From the NCBI GenBank assembly GCA_047967505.1, contig CM106538.1: a stretch of DNA of 64,000 nt; one strand, written 5' to 3'. This document shows positions 1 to 12,419 of this stretch, piece by piece. Positions within the stretch are counted from its first letter, which is position 1, and the number at the start of each line of letters is the position of its first letter. The notes beneath the pieces were generated by a model, which was given only the letters and a program-made list of their open reading frames with translations, was not told where the DNA came from and searched no databases. This DNA is from Dipteris shenzhenensis (taxonomy: Eukaryota). Position numbers and translations under genes: made by a program.

Positions 1-3000
1 AAAAAGCAAAAGCAAACTACAAAGGAATGCATGAACTTTACAATCCGAATGATCACAAGTCCAAGTAACTCGTGAAAGAAACAATAGCTATCATACATGG
101 CTTTAGAACCTGGAAAAGGAAACTTCCTTTTTCAATCTCTTTTTGGTGCACCTTGCATCCGATCCAACTCCCCTCAAGGAAACGCCTGCAAATTCCCTCC
201 TGAACACTTCTCCCTATTTCTTTTTGCAAAAAAATACTTCTCCCTAGTTTGAAGTATCCATCATGAGGAAAACTATTTTGCCTTAAGGGAGCTTGGTCTC
301 CTCCATGGTGGCACTTGCAAACCTTTAACATCCAAAGATTTCTAACATTACTACATGATCACTTTGTTGTAGTAGGCACACAATGGAGGTCAAACCCACA
401 AGGGCTGAAAAAGAGGGGGGGAAAAGGGGGGGGGGGGAGGTGTGGCGGCTTTTGGGGTCACTCTTCATAGACCCAAATATCATATGCAAGCAAGAATGTA
501 TTAAAAATGCCCCTATTGTTGAATTTTTACATTTTCTAAAGCCCATACAGCACGTGCAAGCAAACATGTATTAAAAGTACCCCTATTCTTGCAATTTCCC
601 CATGTAATTGATTAACCCTTGCTTGCATGTACACATTTTTCAATAGAGACACCTCCATAAATCTTATGTATGTAATGGCATGTAAGTATAAGAAAAATAC
701 ACCTCCGTGCACTAATGTACTATGTTACATGTTTATGAGTGACCCACTCGAGGTCAAAATCAACAATGGGCTAAAGAGAATAAAAAAGAGCTAAGATCCA
801 AGGTGGTTTCCACAAGGCCCACACTATCACAAACAACTTGTATGGAAGAGAGCCAACTAAGGATCTCTCTCTCTCTCTCAAGTGAACTATGATAGGCAAC
901 ACATTGTAAATAGAAAATTGACAAGATTAGCTATACCACAAATTCGAAACATAGAAACCATGTACCAACGAATCAAGGAGACTAGGGAAAAACAGGAAAG
1001 AGAGTGACGCAGCATGGGGTCCAATCTACCCCCTCTAAATGGTGGCTCTTGCTTCCCATCTAGAGTATTTATAATTTTGTAATCCAAAAAGAAAAGAGCC
1101 AAAAACCGTACATCTACAAATATCCCTTGTCCACAATTGGAGGATTTCTCAACATAGCTCCACAAGCTCAAAATATCCAAGCTTAATATGCCCTCATCCA
1201 CAATTGATGAATTGAACTATTCATTTTTGCAACATTGGCACATGGACTTTGTCAACCATTCAGCACTTCAATCAATCCAAATCATCTTCACCATCTCCAT
1301 TCCTCGTTAGCCAACTTCATATGTACTCAAGTCACCAATTGCTTTGGTTACAACAACCAATTAAGCAATCATCACACCACCTAATCCCAACACAATTACG
1401 TTTGATATACAAACATCAAAATGCATAGCGATCCAGTTGCAACAACACCAGTAACACTAGCGACCTTAGTATTAACATGGAATCACCCATAATACAAACC
1501 ATCTAGCTTGGCAAAACAGATGTCCAGTTAGGCATTCCTCACTAAATTGCACAAAGCTTCCACTAGGATCCCCGCCACATCTGGTGGGCTCCTCTTGAAT
1601 ACTTTGCCAAAGTCAACATGACTATAATATCAAATGATATCCCTATCAAGTGATGCAAGAAATATAATGTCCATAGCGCGCACGCACACACACACACACA
1701 CAGAGGAGGAAGGAGTCGCTAGCCATTACTAGTTAGCTATTATAAGATGTGCACATTTACTAGTATTTAGAATAAACATCACACAAAATAAAATGAACTC
1801 TAGCAGTGGGTTGCCGTAAGTCCATAATTACTATTCATACATGACCTAGTCCCTTAGGGCTCCCTATAAGTCCTAACTACTACCCCATGTATACAACATA
1901 TGCACACACATATTTATATCGTGTAGAGCATAACAATGACAATTTGAAATTTTCAAACATCTCGGAAGGTAGGGCTTTCTTGCAATGTCCATAGCCTGAT
2001 CCTTGGTGGAGAAAAAATGAACTGGCTTAATACTCATCTACCAATCATTCACAAGAATATAAGAATGCTCACTTCTACCCTTGCTGCTTTGAGCTCTCAT
2101 GCCCCTTTATCAATCGCACTTGGCCATGTTAATGGAAGAAAAGGGGTTTACCAAGAGTACCTCTCCCTTGGCAAAAGCGTGCCCCCTCTAAGTAGCTTTC
2201 TCCTTAGGTCCCATACTCCTCACCTTGTAGGGACAATTTTTGCTCCTCCTTTGGCTATGTCTCTTTGTTAGCTATGACATGATGAATGTCAATAAACTAA
2301 AATTTTGAGGATAATTATTGTGACGCACATATATATAGCTTATTTTTCTTGAAAATATACATGGTTCGATAGTTTGGAGAACTCTTTAGTCCACAAAGTA
2401 TGGATTCTTGATAGAGTGCCTTTTCTTAAATATAGGAGATATTAGGAGTACAGTACACTCATCTTGAGTTTTGGAGACCAAGTTTGGTTCAATTTATCCT
2501 TGTGTCATGATGGTAGTGAATAAAAGAGTAGAACATCATCTTGTATCTCCAAGTAAATGCTTGTAATATGGTGACCTTGTTGTGAGAGATCCTCTTTCTA
2601 GATAAATAGACTAATGAATTCATCACATGATGTGTCTCTAGCAAGTATTGTTATGTGGAGGCCTTTAAATAAGGGGAGTAATCTCTGGGGCCCTTTCCAA
2701 AATTATGTGTCCCCCACTTTAAAGCTATTATCCACTTATCTCTCATCTCAACTTGGAAAACTACGACTTGAGATTGAGATCGGTTGTATTGCCTTCACAA
2801 ATTAATTGAACGTTGGATGCTTTGGCAAATGCATCAATCGCATATTTTTTACTCATGCTATGAATATGTTGATTGCCTTGATTGGAATTCATATTATCAC
2901 GTTCATCATTCTCTTCTTGTGATGGTGAAGCGATAGAAGTTATTGCTAAAGTAGAGAGAGGTCCATATTTTTGGGCAAGTTTCTTGGCTTCATCTCATTG

Positions 3001-3047
3001 TTTTTGTAAGGGCACTTGGAATAGAACCCATTACGTAAGGCATTATA

Positions 3048-3052
<5 letters not shown>

Positions 3053-3108
<56 letters not shown>
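3053..3108. repeat. (GA)n microsatellite; others at about 29480, 31491, 31934, 36760, 51427 and 54907
   Basis: Read directly from the sequence. Confidence 0.95.
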
Positions 3109-3111
<3 letters not shown>

Positions 3112-4532
3112 GGGGGGAGGACAAGGAAGTGCAATAGGGGGAGAGGTACCATACACATATGAGTACATGGTCAAGGCATTATGTAACTAAATTTTGGGGG
3201 ACACCATCCCCCACAAGGAGTCCCAAGAGGAAAGTACATGCAAGTGTGCATGTACATCTATGTGCGTGCGTGCGTGTATGTGTGTTGGGGAAGGGGGTTC
3301 AAGGAGCCGGTCATCAAAACAAGCTATTGCATTTGATGTCTTGTAAATCTATTGCAGCTCTATTTGCAAGTATTCTTTTTAGCAGTCTACTGACTATTGT
3401 CTTGCTCAGCCGCAATAAAGGGTAGTGGAAGCGGCATGTTTGCTCATCATTTCTCTTGCAAGTTTGAGTGTTTTGTGTTTGAATGTCATTGCTGGAAAAG
3501 TCTAGGATGCTTTGTTATTGTTACCTCAACGTTGGCTATGTTGTAGCCAATCATATTCCTTATTGAAAGGAGCAAGTGCTCATGAAGGCTACCTCAGTTT
3601 TGGACCTCTATTGTAGAGGAGGGTTTTCATGTTCGTTAAGAGTGCTTGAGTTGAGTGGTTATAATAGTGTGCACATGTCGTTGGGAGCTTGGGGACGACA
3701 AGCTATTGGATCACATTTCCCCTTCCACAGTCCCAGATTTATTCACAAATTAGGTTCAATGGGTTTGCAAGTGCTTCTTGAGTCTTTGACGAGTCACTTC
3801 ATGTTATCTCATTTTTTGTTAACTTTATGGTTATCTAGTTTACCTGACCTCTCTAGATGTTCATTTCGTCTCTCTCCCATCATGAAATTGTATCTAACAT
3901 AAATACAAAGTACTCTTTTTGCTCCCAAAAAGAAAAGAACAAGCAATTAGAACATCCTACATCCTTTGTGATGATTGAGTTGATAGATAAGCACAAAAGC
4001 TTGGCTCAAGCCACACACATGTTTTTACATGAGCTAAGGCTCTTATATTCTAGGTTGAAGTTGACGAAGCTTGCGTTATGTGCTTGAAAGTAGTTCCAAA
4101 GTGACTATGCCTTTATACTAATACTACCCTCCGTAAAATTTTCTTGAAAACAAAATACCAATAAATACAACACAAATTACATTTAAAAACCATCAGTGAA
4201 AGAGAAATATATGATTTCAAAATAATATACAATTTTTATATAATAATTTTTTTAAAAGTCACTCCTACAAAGCAACCAAACCACTACTTAGATTTGCTCC
4301 AAAAAACTATCGCTTACCTATCACTATCCAACCAAAAAAAAGAAGACAATTGTCATAGGTCATAACTACTTGTTATCAAGTTAGGATGGAACACGAAGGT
4401 GAGGAACAATAAAGCTTTAAAATAAGGGTTGAAAAAAAAGCATATTCGGATAGACTATTATGCATGTCTAGCTATCGATTGACAGCATGGTTTATCTAGT
4501 GCCCTTATAATAGTCATAACATTTTCATGTGG

Positions 4533-4706
4533 AAGTATCGCAATATTACAAATATTAACCAAGAAACAAAATGTAATTGTAAATATAGTGACAAGATTGT
4601 ACATAAGCATATTTTCTTCAAACACTTGAAAACACAATCAAAGTATCATAATATCACAAATATTGACCAAGAAACAAAATACGATTGTAAATATAGCGAT
4701 AGGATT
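4533..4706. repeat. Direct repeat of about 66 bp with 108-bp period
   Basis: AAGTATC..AATAT.ACAAATATT.ACCAAGAAACAAAAT...ATTGTAAATATAG at 4533 and 4641. Confidence 0.8.
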
Positions 4707-5920
4707 TGAAAAATGGAAAATGAGACAATAGGTGGTAACTCCATTGTGAGGTAGTAGAGAATCTCCATTTTCTAGATGTAACATCAAGTACATACAACCA
4801 TTTAAGCACAGTAAACAATCACCAAAGATGCACATGAAAGGAAAAGCCATTGCCTTGGCAAACCCCAAAAAGAGATTCAATGGTACAGAGATCCAACGTA
4901 ATTCAAGTAAAAAATAACCAACATCTCTCTATTGGATGTTGTCCACATTTTATTAAGCTATTATCTCTTTTCTTGTGAACTAAGTAGTAATGGATTACGG
5001 CATTTCTTTTTGCTGCATAGCTTGCCACCATTTTTAGATGCTATGGTTCAAATATTTTAATGTAAAGGTATGCAATTATTGAGGAGTACTCTAAATTCAG
5101 CTTGATGGTTCAAGTAGAGAGGTCTACTTGGACTGATACTCGTCTCAAAGAAATGGTTGTTGTCTATGGCTGTATGCTCAATATATATAATTTGCAAAAA
5201 AATTGTGTGTTCTGTTTGGGGCATGAATCAAATCGTTGTACATATGAAATTTCATTAAGAGCATAAATGGGGTGACTGATTGATGTGATTGGAACTATGT
5301 AAATCAAGAATTGGCAACACAGACTGGTAACTGAATCCATAAGTAAACCAAAATTATCCTTGACCACCATGCCTTTATTTATGCAACACTCAAGCTGTAC
5401 ATTGTCTAAAAGGAGGCATACTTTCACATTGACACCAAGGTGACATCTAATTTCTTCAAAGGACGGAAGGGCAGTCCTTCAAAGCTCTTTGCATAGAATA
5501 AACTCTCAGGCACTCAAAAAGGCTACTTTCAAAGGCTAATTAGTCCACTTCGCTGGCCTCAGGGTCAACCAGAGCTCAAATGTGGACAATGCTGACTTCT
5601 TTAAAAAAACAATCAAGCACCTGTCTTTATTATACTTTTTGCAGAATACAGTCTGCAGGATAACAAAAACTTTACTTCCAGGTAAATAAATATATACATG
5701 TATATGAATCTCTCCTTCTCAACCAGTCTATACTTTGCATGATTTCCAAGGCTAAAGCATCACTGCCTCAAATAGGTCAAGAAACAAAGATCCCTGCTTC
5801 CTTGAGATTCAACACTCTGAGAAGATCTACTCATCATCTAAGGAGAAACACTTGCACTTTACAAGAGAGGTACTACCAGTAAAACATATACAAATAGATG
5901 GAAACCTCTGTTTGAGGAAC

Positions 5921-6426
5921 TCATACGAATTTTCTCTCCTTCACACACACACAATGAACTGAAATGAGATTTAGGCACCCACTTATGTTCAATGAGTGCC
6001 TTTCTGAACAGGTATGCAAACCAGGGAAGGCATTGCACACGGCCTGCACTGCTGGAGCTGACAAATATGTACACATACCAAGGTTTAAAGAGATTAGACC
6101 ATATCCCTCTTGTTCATTGAAGAGAGACTCGAAATAATCACGACTAGTCACAGTATTGCCATCAATATTGCTGCTGCAGCTACTGCTGCTGCTGCTATTA
6201 GTGCTGCTGCTACTACAGCTTCCGGTACTACTCCTGGTTACAGCAATATGAGTCGCAACATTCAAAGTGTTGCGTATGCTGTCCCTCTTCAGGATGGCCT
6301 TACAATTTCTGTACTTGCTACTATTTGCCAATGCATACATTGCAGTATCCGTGATATTTACACAGCTGTAAAGACCCAAGACTCTCAAATGATGGCACTT
6401 GTCAGCCAAGGCAATCACACTCTGAT
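5921..6426 (-). CDS. SKP2: SKP2-like F-box/LRR gene, last coding exon (exon 5)
   Basis: Encodes DQSVIALADKCHHLRVLGLYSCVNITDTAMYALAN...SAPAVQAVCNAFPGLHTCSERHSLNISGCLNLISVHCVC, which matches the plant SKP2A/B C-terminus. AG acceptor at 6428-6427, phase 1 (G|AT = Asp), stop at 5923-5921. Confidence 0.93.
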
Positions 6427-6523
6427 CTGAAAAAACAAGGTCAAGAAATTCAATTAAAACCAGGCATACAACCAGTCCTGGACCATCCACAATTTTCTCT
6501 CTTTAAAAATCAAGAAAGATTAC

Positions 6524-6665
6524 CTGTAATTAATAAGCAACCACACAAGTCAACAATCCTGAGTTCTGAGCACCACAAAGCTAACCCAGTCAGTCCTACA
6601 TCCGTGATCCTGTCGCACCAGCCCAGATTTAGGGACTGCAGGGCAATACAGTTTCGTGCCAGAGC
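6524..6665 (-). CDS. SKP2: SKP2-like F-box/LRR gene, exon 4
   Basis: Encodes ALARNCIALQSLNLGWCDRITDVGLTGLALWCSELRIVDLCGCLLIT. tgcAG acceptor at 6667-6666 and GTaatc donor at 6523. The 142 nt length gives phase 0 in and phase 1 out. Confidence 0.93.
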
Positions 6666-6750
6666 CTGCATTGACAAAATACCTGTATCAAGGTCTTGCC
6701 TGATGATAAATGCAAAAGGCAAGGAAGAGCCATACTGGCATACGACTTAC

Positions 6751-7102
6751 CAGAAGAGCTTGGTCAGACCCTGCATCACTACAGCCACAAAGATTGAGAT
6801 GCATGAGATTGCTGCAATTCTCAGACAGAACAGTGAGCCCAAACTCTGAAGTTCCAACACAGCCACTTAAGTTCAATTTCTCAAGCATCCGACATCCACG
6901 AGCCAATGCAAAAAGCGAAGCATCTGTAATCAAGGTGCCATTTGAAAGGTCCAAGGCCCGAAGGTCATGACAATGATTCGCAAGTGCTTGAACTGCTTGG
7001 TCATTCAAATAGAGTCGATTGTTGAACCGCAAGTTACAAACCTGCAGCCGAGTGAACTTTGGGGCCACTGACTGCACCAGCTTACTTGTATTCCGCTTAC
7101 CC
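6751..7102 (-). CDS. SKP2: SKP2-like F-box/LRR gene, exon 3
   Basis: Encodes GKRNTSKLVQSVAPKFTRLQVCNLR...ALANHCHDLRALDLS...LNLCGCSDAGSDQALL. tAG acceptor at 7104-7103 completes the split Trp codon (TG|G). GTaagt donor at 6750. Length 352 nt. Confidence 0.92.
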
Positions 7103-7221
7103 CTATTATCATCCAATTCATTAAATGGTAAGTAAATAACATTTTTTGTAACATGCAACGGTAATCTGATCGTGTAATTCACAGCAAGACCTTCTTTAAA
7201 CCTTTAGCAAGGAATGAGCGT

Positions 7222-8342
7222 TGTTTACCATAGAGAGAGAAGGGAGATGAGGGTAGAGAGAGAGTAGAGTCGACAACCGATTGGGTCCCTGTACCCACTG
7301 AGGGCCCCCTCCCCCAATCAAGGGAGAATTTGCTTTACACTTGGAGAACTGAGAGATACAAAGAACACTCTTAAGAGAGCACGGAACGCACTTCTGAAGA
7401 GCTCACTGTGCACACGTATAGCAGACCCAAAGACCTAAGAGGCAACGCTGACCAATACCGAGACCTTGATGCTGTCCACACTGACGATGTAGGATGCTTC
7501 TGCAAGGCAAGGGAGACGCTTGTGCTGTCTACCGGAAATGCAGGGTTACTGCGTGAGTGAGAGAGTGATAGCTGAGAGTAATAGATGCTAAGAGAGAGCT
7601 GAGATATGACTGAGAAACTAGAGCTAAGAAGTAGGCTGTGTAGCCTATAAAGAAAACTGAGAAAAGCTGAGGAGACAATGTCCAAACCTCTCTCTGTTTG
7701 CTGGTCCAAATGTCCGACTGTTGTGCTGCGTGGACACCTTCAGATCAGGCTGAACTGATGGCCAAGGGACTGAGGCTAGAGCAGGGCCAGAACTGAGGAT
7801 CTCAAGGGCTGCACAAGGAGGCTGGAGTGGAGCTTGTAGGAGAGCTGAAGGCAGGAGCACTGAATGAGGAAAGAGGGCAGCCAAGGGGCCCTTTTATAGG
7901 GCTGGACTGAGCCAACCCAATCTGTAAACAGCCGACTGAGTCGGTCTGTTTTACAGACTGGTTGGCCTACAACCAGCCTATAAAAAGCCCTCCCTGGCTC
8001 ATTTGCCAAGGGAGTTTTTGGGCAGCCTTTGCAGGCTGCCTTCCCTGCTTACCTGTCCAGCCTTTGGGGACCCTAAAGGGACTCCTAACCTAGGCTAAGA
8101 CCTAAACTATAAGATGGAGAAACTTAACCTACTGTTCTCCAATGGGTACTAGTGAACAAGAACGAACTTACTGACTTGACCTAAGGCTGAGAGACTCACC
8201 TACGTAGCTTGTGCCTGATTGTCCCTGGACAAGGGCTCACAAAGGGGTCACATCATACGACAAAATCTCCTGGGAACTATAATGCACTTGTCGATGTAGC
8301 CAGTGTGTCACCTTGCACCCAAGTGCAGGGGTGCATGTGACA
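7222..8342 (-). repeat. 3' LTR of the rearranged gypsy element
   Basis: Begins TGTCAC on the minus strand right after the PPT (AGGAGGGAA). TATA CCTATAAAAG at about 7890-7900. The left boundary is approximate (7215 or 7222). Confidence 0.75.
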
Positions 8343-8781
8343 TTCCCTCCTTAACTTGGCGGTAGGTTCATTGCTTCCAAGTAGTCCACCAATATCTGGG
8401 GAAACTCCTGGAAAAAATCTTCGTCTAACCACACTTCTTCATGGGTACCTCGATCATGCAACTTGGTGTAAAACTCACGGATCCTGCGTCCTGACCCATG
8501 CTTGAATTTATGAAGAAAGATCTGTTCTGGCTGCAAAACTTCGGCTTCATCAAGAACTTTAGGTTGTTGCTCGTCAGAAATCTCTGAAAGAGAAGGTCCA
8601 AAATATGGCTTCAACCAAGCTACATGGAACATGTTGTGCATAGTCCAACTGTCTGGTAGGCGTAACTTCATTGAGACATCGTTGATCTTTTGAATAATAG
8701 GGAATGGTCCAAAGCTCCTGAAGGACAGCTTAGGGCATCGCTTGCCCACCTACTTCAATCGTTGCTTGATAATGCGTAAAT

Positions 8782-9086
8782 ACACCCATTGACCCTCTTT
8801 ATACTGGACATCTCGTCTGGATTTATTAGCTTGGCGTGTATACGATGCTTGAGCTTTGGCAATGCGGCTTTTCACGAACTCCGTAATCTCTGCCATGGAT
8901 TCAGTGGTTTTGTTGGCTTCAAGAGATGGAGACACCCATTGACCCTCTTTATACTGGACATCTCGTCTGGATTTATTAGCTTGGCGTGTATACAATGCTT
9001 GAGCTTTGGCGATGCGGCTTTTCACGAACTCCGTAATCTCTGCCATGGATTCGGTGGTTTTGTTGGCTTCAAGAGATGGAGACACC
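8782..9086. repeat. 150-bp in-frame tandem duplication within the integrase C-terminus
   Basis: SPSLEANKTTESMAEITEFVKSRIAKAQA.YTRQANKSRRDVQYKEGQWV occurs twice. ACACC microhomology at 8782, 8932 and 9082. About 3 substitutions separate the copies. Confidence 0.95.
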
Positions 9087-12000
9087 ATCCGGGTGAGGAG
9101 TGAGGTAAATCGCCGTCCAAACGCCGCTTCATAAGGTGTGCGACCAATACTCGAAGAATAGGTATCGTTTAGAATGGCCTGCACAAGCGGAAGAAACTAC
9201 TCTCACTTTTCCTGAGCATCATGACAATATGATTTCAAAATATCAAATGCCATACCATTGTACTTTTCCGTCTCGCCGTTCAATTGCGGATGGAAAGCGC
9301 TGGACATCTATAGCTTAGTACCAAAATTATCAAACAAGGCTCACCAAAAGTTAGACGTAAACTTGGAGTCCCTGTCGGATGTGATGGTCTTTGGTAACCC
9401 TCCGATGGGATACCAATACTTGATAAACAAACGAGCTACATCTTTAGCGCTGGCCGTTTGTTTGCAGGGAATGAGCATACAATATTTACTAAAGCGACAA
9501 ACAATAGTAAGACATTGAGTATTACGCGTACCTACGGATGCTGGAAGTGGCTCCACGAAATCCATACATATGTCCTGGAAAGGACCGTCAGGGATTGACA
9601 ATGGCATAAGTAAGCCTGCCGCTTTCTTGTGGGAAGCCTTGACCTTCTGGCATATTTGACAATTCTGCACATACCCGTATACGTCCTTCCGCATCTTTGG
9701 CCAATAGAAATAGCGCTCTAACTTCTCCAAAGTCCCGTTGATACCTCTGTGACCACTGGTAAGGGCATCACGGGCATCATGAAGAAGCAACTGCGGTTTG
9801 TCTTTGAGTACACATAACCTTTTCTTATAGAAAAGCCAACCGTCCTCTAATGAGTAATGGCCTGGAGCAAGCGTCGTAGCTAACTAGAACTGCGTGCCAA
9901 ACTCTGTTGACTCTGCGTACTGTGCCTTCATGCTATCAAGATCATTTCCTTTAATTTCGAGCACAGTGGCCTACTCAATGGTTTGGATGGAACCTTCTCG
10001 ATCATTCCCCCATGGATCATCCCAAGAGGCAATCTTCATAACTGGTGCTGTCGTGGCCAACCATTGCAAGTCGTGGAAGGCCTGCAAAGCTTTGCCTGTG
10101 ACTTGAACTTTTTGTCTGCGTGTCTTTACCCCCTTGAGTAAATCTGTAAGAGGGACTGCGTATGTTGAGAAACCCTCCGCTCGATCCACATCTGGGAAGC
10201 GCAGGCGTCATCACAATCCGGTGGCCGCATGGGGGACTGAGCCCCCAAGATGTGATTGACATGCATTGAGATCGTGGGCACTTCCGTTGAGCTACGGGTG
10301 GTGGCAGAAGACGCCATGCTGAGCAGCAGCACCACCAGGACGTGCAGAAACCCGAAGGAGGAGTGGAATTGTAGGAGGAGAAACATGGTGATGATAGTCG
10401 TCGGTGTGCTGCTGGGCGTTTGTCAATCTGCTTGCTGGTAATCAAAGACGCTAGCAATGTCACCATAGGGGCAATTTTACAGCAAGAGAATAGGCTCGTG
10501 GCATACTACAGCAGAAAGCTTAATGATGCCGAAAAGAACTATTCAGTGTATGATAGAGAGCTTCTCGGTGTCATTCAGGCATTAAAACATTGAAAGCCTT
10601 TCCTAAACGGACGGACTTTCACGGTGAAGACAGATCACCAAGCCCTTTCACGGTGAAGACAGATCACCAAGCCCTTAGTGGCTTCAGACAATGCCTAGTA
10701 CGCAATGGATTAACCTCAAGAGTGGCTACCATCAAGTCCGGAATTTTAAAGCTGACATCCCAAAGACAACTTTTCGAACTGAGCGAGCTTATTACGAGTT
10801 CGTCGTCATGCCCTTTGGTCTTAAGAATGCAGCACCAACATTCAACAAGATGATGTCCTGGGTATTCGCAGAGTATATTAGGAAGTGCCTGTTCATCTTT
10901 CTCGATGATATCCTTATCTTTTCCACGACAACCGAGCAGCATCTTAAGGATGTGCGATGTGCCCTACAGTTATTACGTGATAACCAGCTATATCTCAACG
11001 CAAAGAAAAGTGAATTCGGATTGTTGGAAATTCAGTATTTAGGCTACATCATTAGTGCTCAAGGGATTCGATTAGACCCTGAGAAGATCCAAGCCATCAC
11101 AAGTTGGGTTATCCCCACGATGGCCCAGGAGATCAGATCCTTTGTGCGTTTGTGTCAAGCATACAGCTCACACATGCAGAACACCCCCATCGTGACCCGT
11201 CCGTAAGGTATGTAATCGTCCAAGCTGGCTTTGCTAGGCTGGGGTCTTGCTGCTGGAGGTGCCTCTTTGAAAAAAATCTTGCACCATTGAGTCTTCCAAG
11301 ATGTACTCGATGCGGGGCATAGGAAACTTGTTGCTTACCGTAAGCTTGTTGAGTGCTCTGTACTCGACACATAGTCGTGCGGACTTATCCTTCTTTGCCA
11401 CAAATAGAATGGGTGCAGCAAAAGGCGAAGAAGAAGGTCTAATAAACCCTGCGCGCACTAATTGAGATGTGTTCTAACTCCCCCTCCATAGACATTGAAA
11501 GTGGGAACTTACTTGGAGGTGTCGAGTCCGGAAGTAGATCAATGCGATGGTCTTCCAATCCGTTGGGAGGCAGCTGGGGTGGCAGATCGTCCCGGAGCAT
11601 GATATTTTTGAACTCTTAGAGTAGATCCACCATTGCCTGCCCCATCGGAGGAGCGGCTTGAACTGCAATGATTTGGCATTGGACATAGACAAGTGCACAC
11701 ATGGCACCCTTGCGGGCGGCGCGACCTGCTTGAATATGAGAGATTAATGAAATCCCTAGTATGCTCCGATCACCGCGTATCACGGCGGGCTTAGGTAAAC
11801 CTTCCACAATCGTGAAGGTGTCCTGCCGCCAGTCAGGCGTCGGAACATGCTCACAGAACCACTGAATCCTGAGGATCATGTCACACCCCATCAAAGGAGT
11901 CAATATAAAATCCCGCGTAAACATGGCCTTCTGAACTGAAAAAGTGAACTAGATGGTCTTATGCATGATGTGTGTGCGCAAGCCGGGCATAAACCCGTCC

Positions 12001-12419
12001 ACTGCAAGCTCGTGAGGCACCAAGGTACACCCCACTGTCTTGACAAGCTGAGGGGAAATGGCATCTTCTGAACTCCCCATATCGAACAGGATAATAAACT
12101 GATGCCCGTTAGCTGTGCCGTACGCTCGAATGAGCGCCTTCTTTTGATCTGAGAAGGCAGCAAAATGGAACATGTTTTAAGCAATTTACGACTTTTGCAT
12201 CTTGGGAAATCCAGTATTGTGCGAGTTTACACATAGTTCGAAGTGAACAATGCTGTAGCAGTTCCCCATACGATAATTTCAGCAAAGCCACATTAGGATT
12301 TTTCACTTTTTTGCACATATTTGAGTAAGGGATAGGCCTTTTCTTCGCAAACAGCATGCCCTATGTTTAAAAAAAGTTCAATGGCACTATCAATTATCTA
12401 GTCATCATTGCTCTTGATT

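Larger units (their letters stand above)
7222..12173 (-). mobile_element. Rearranged, 5'-truncated Ty3/gypsy chromovirus (3' LTR plus shuffled gag/PR/RT/RNase H/IN/chromodomain)
   Basis: LTR at about 7222-8342 (TG..CA), PPT at 8343-8351, chromodomain and GPF motif at 8351-8749, integrase zinc-finger/core at 9341-9790. RT (FLDDILI) and RNase H (DAS...YDRELL...TDHQAL) are on the + strand. RT N-terminus and protease (LFDMGSS) are on the - strand. Many stops. Confidence 0.9.
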
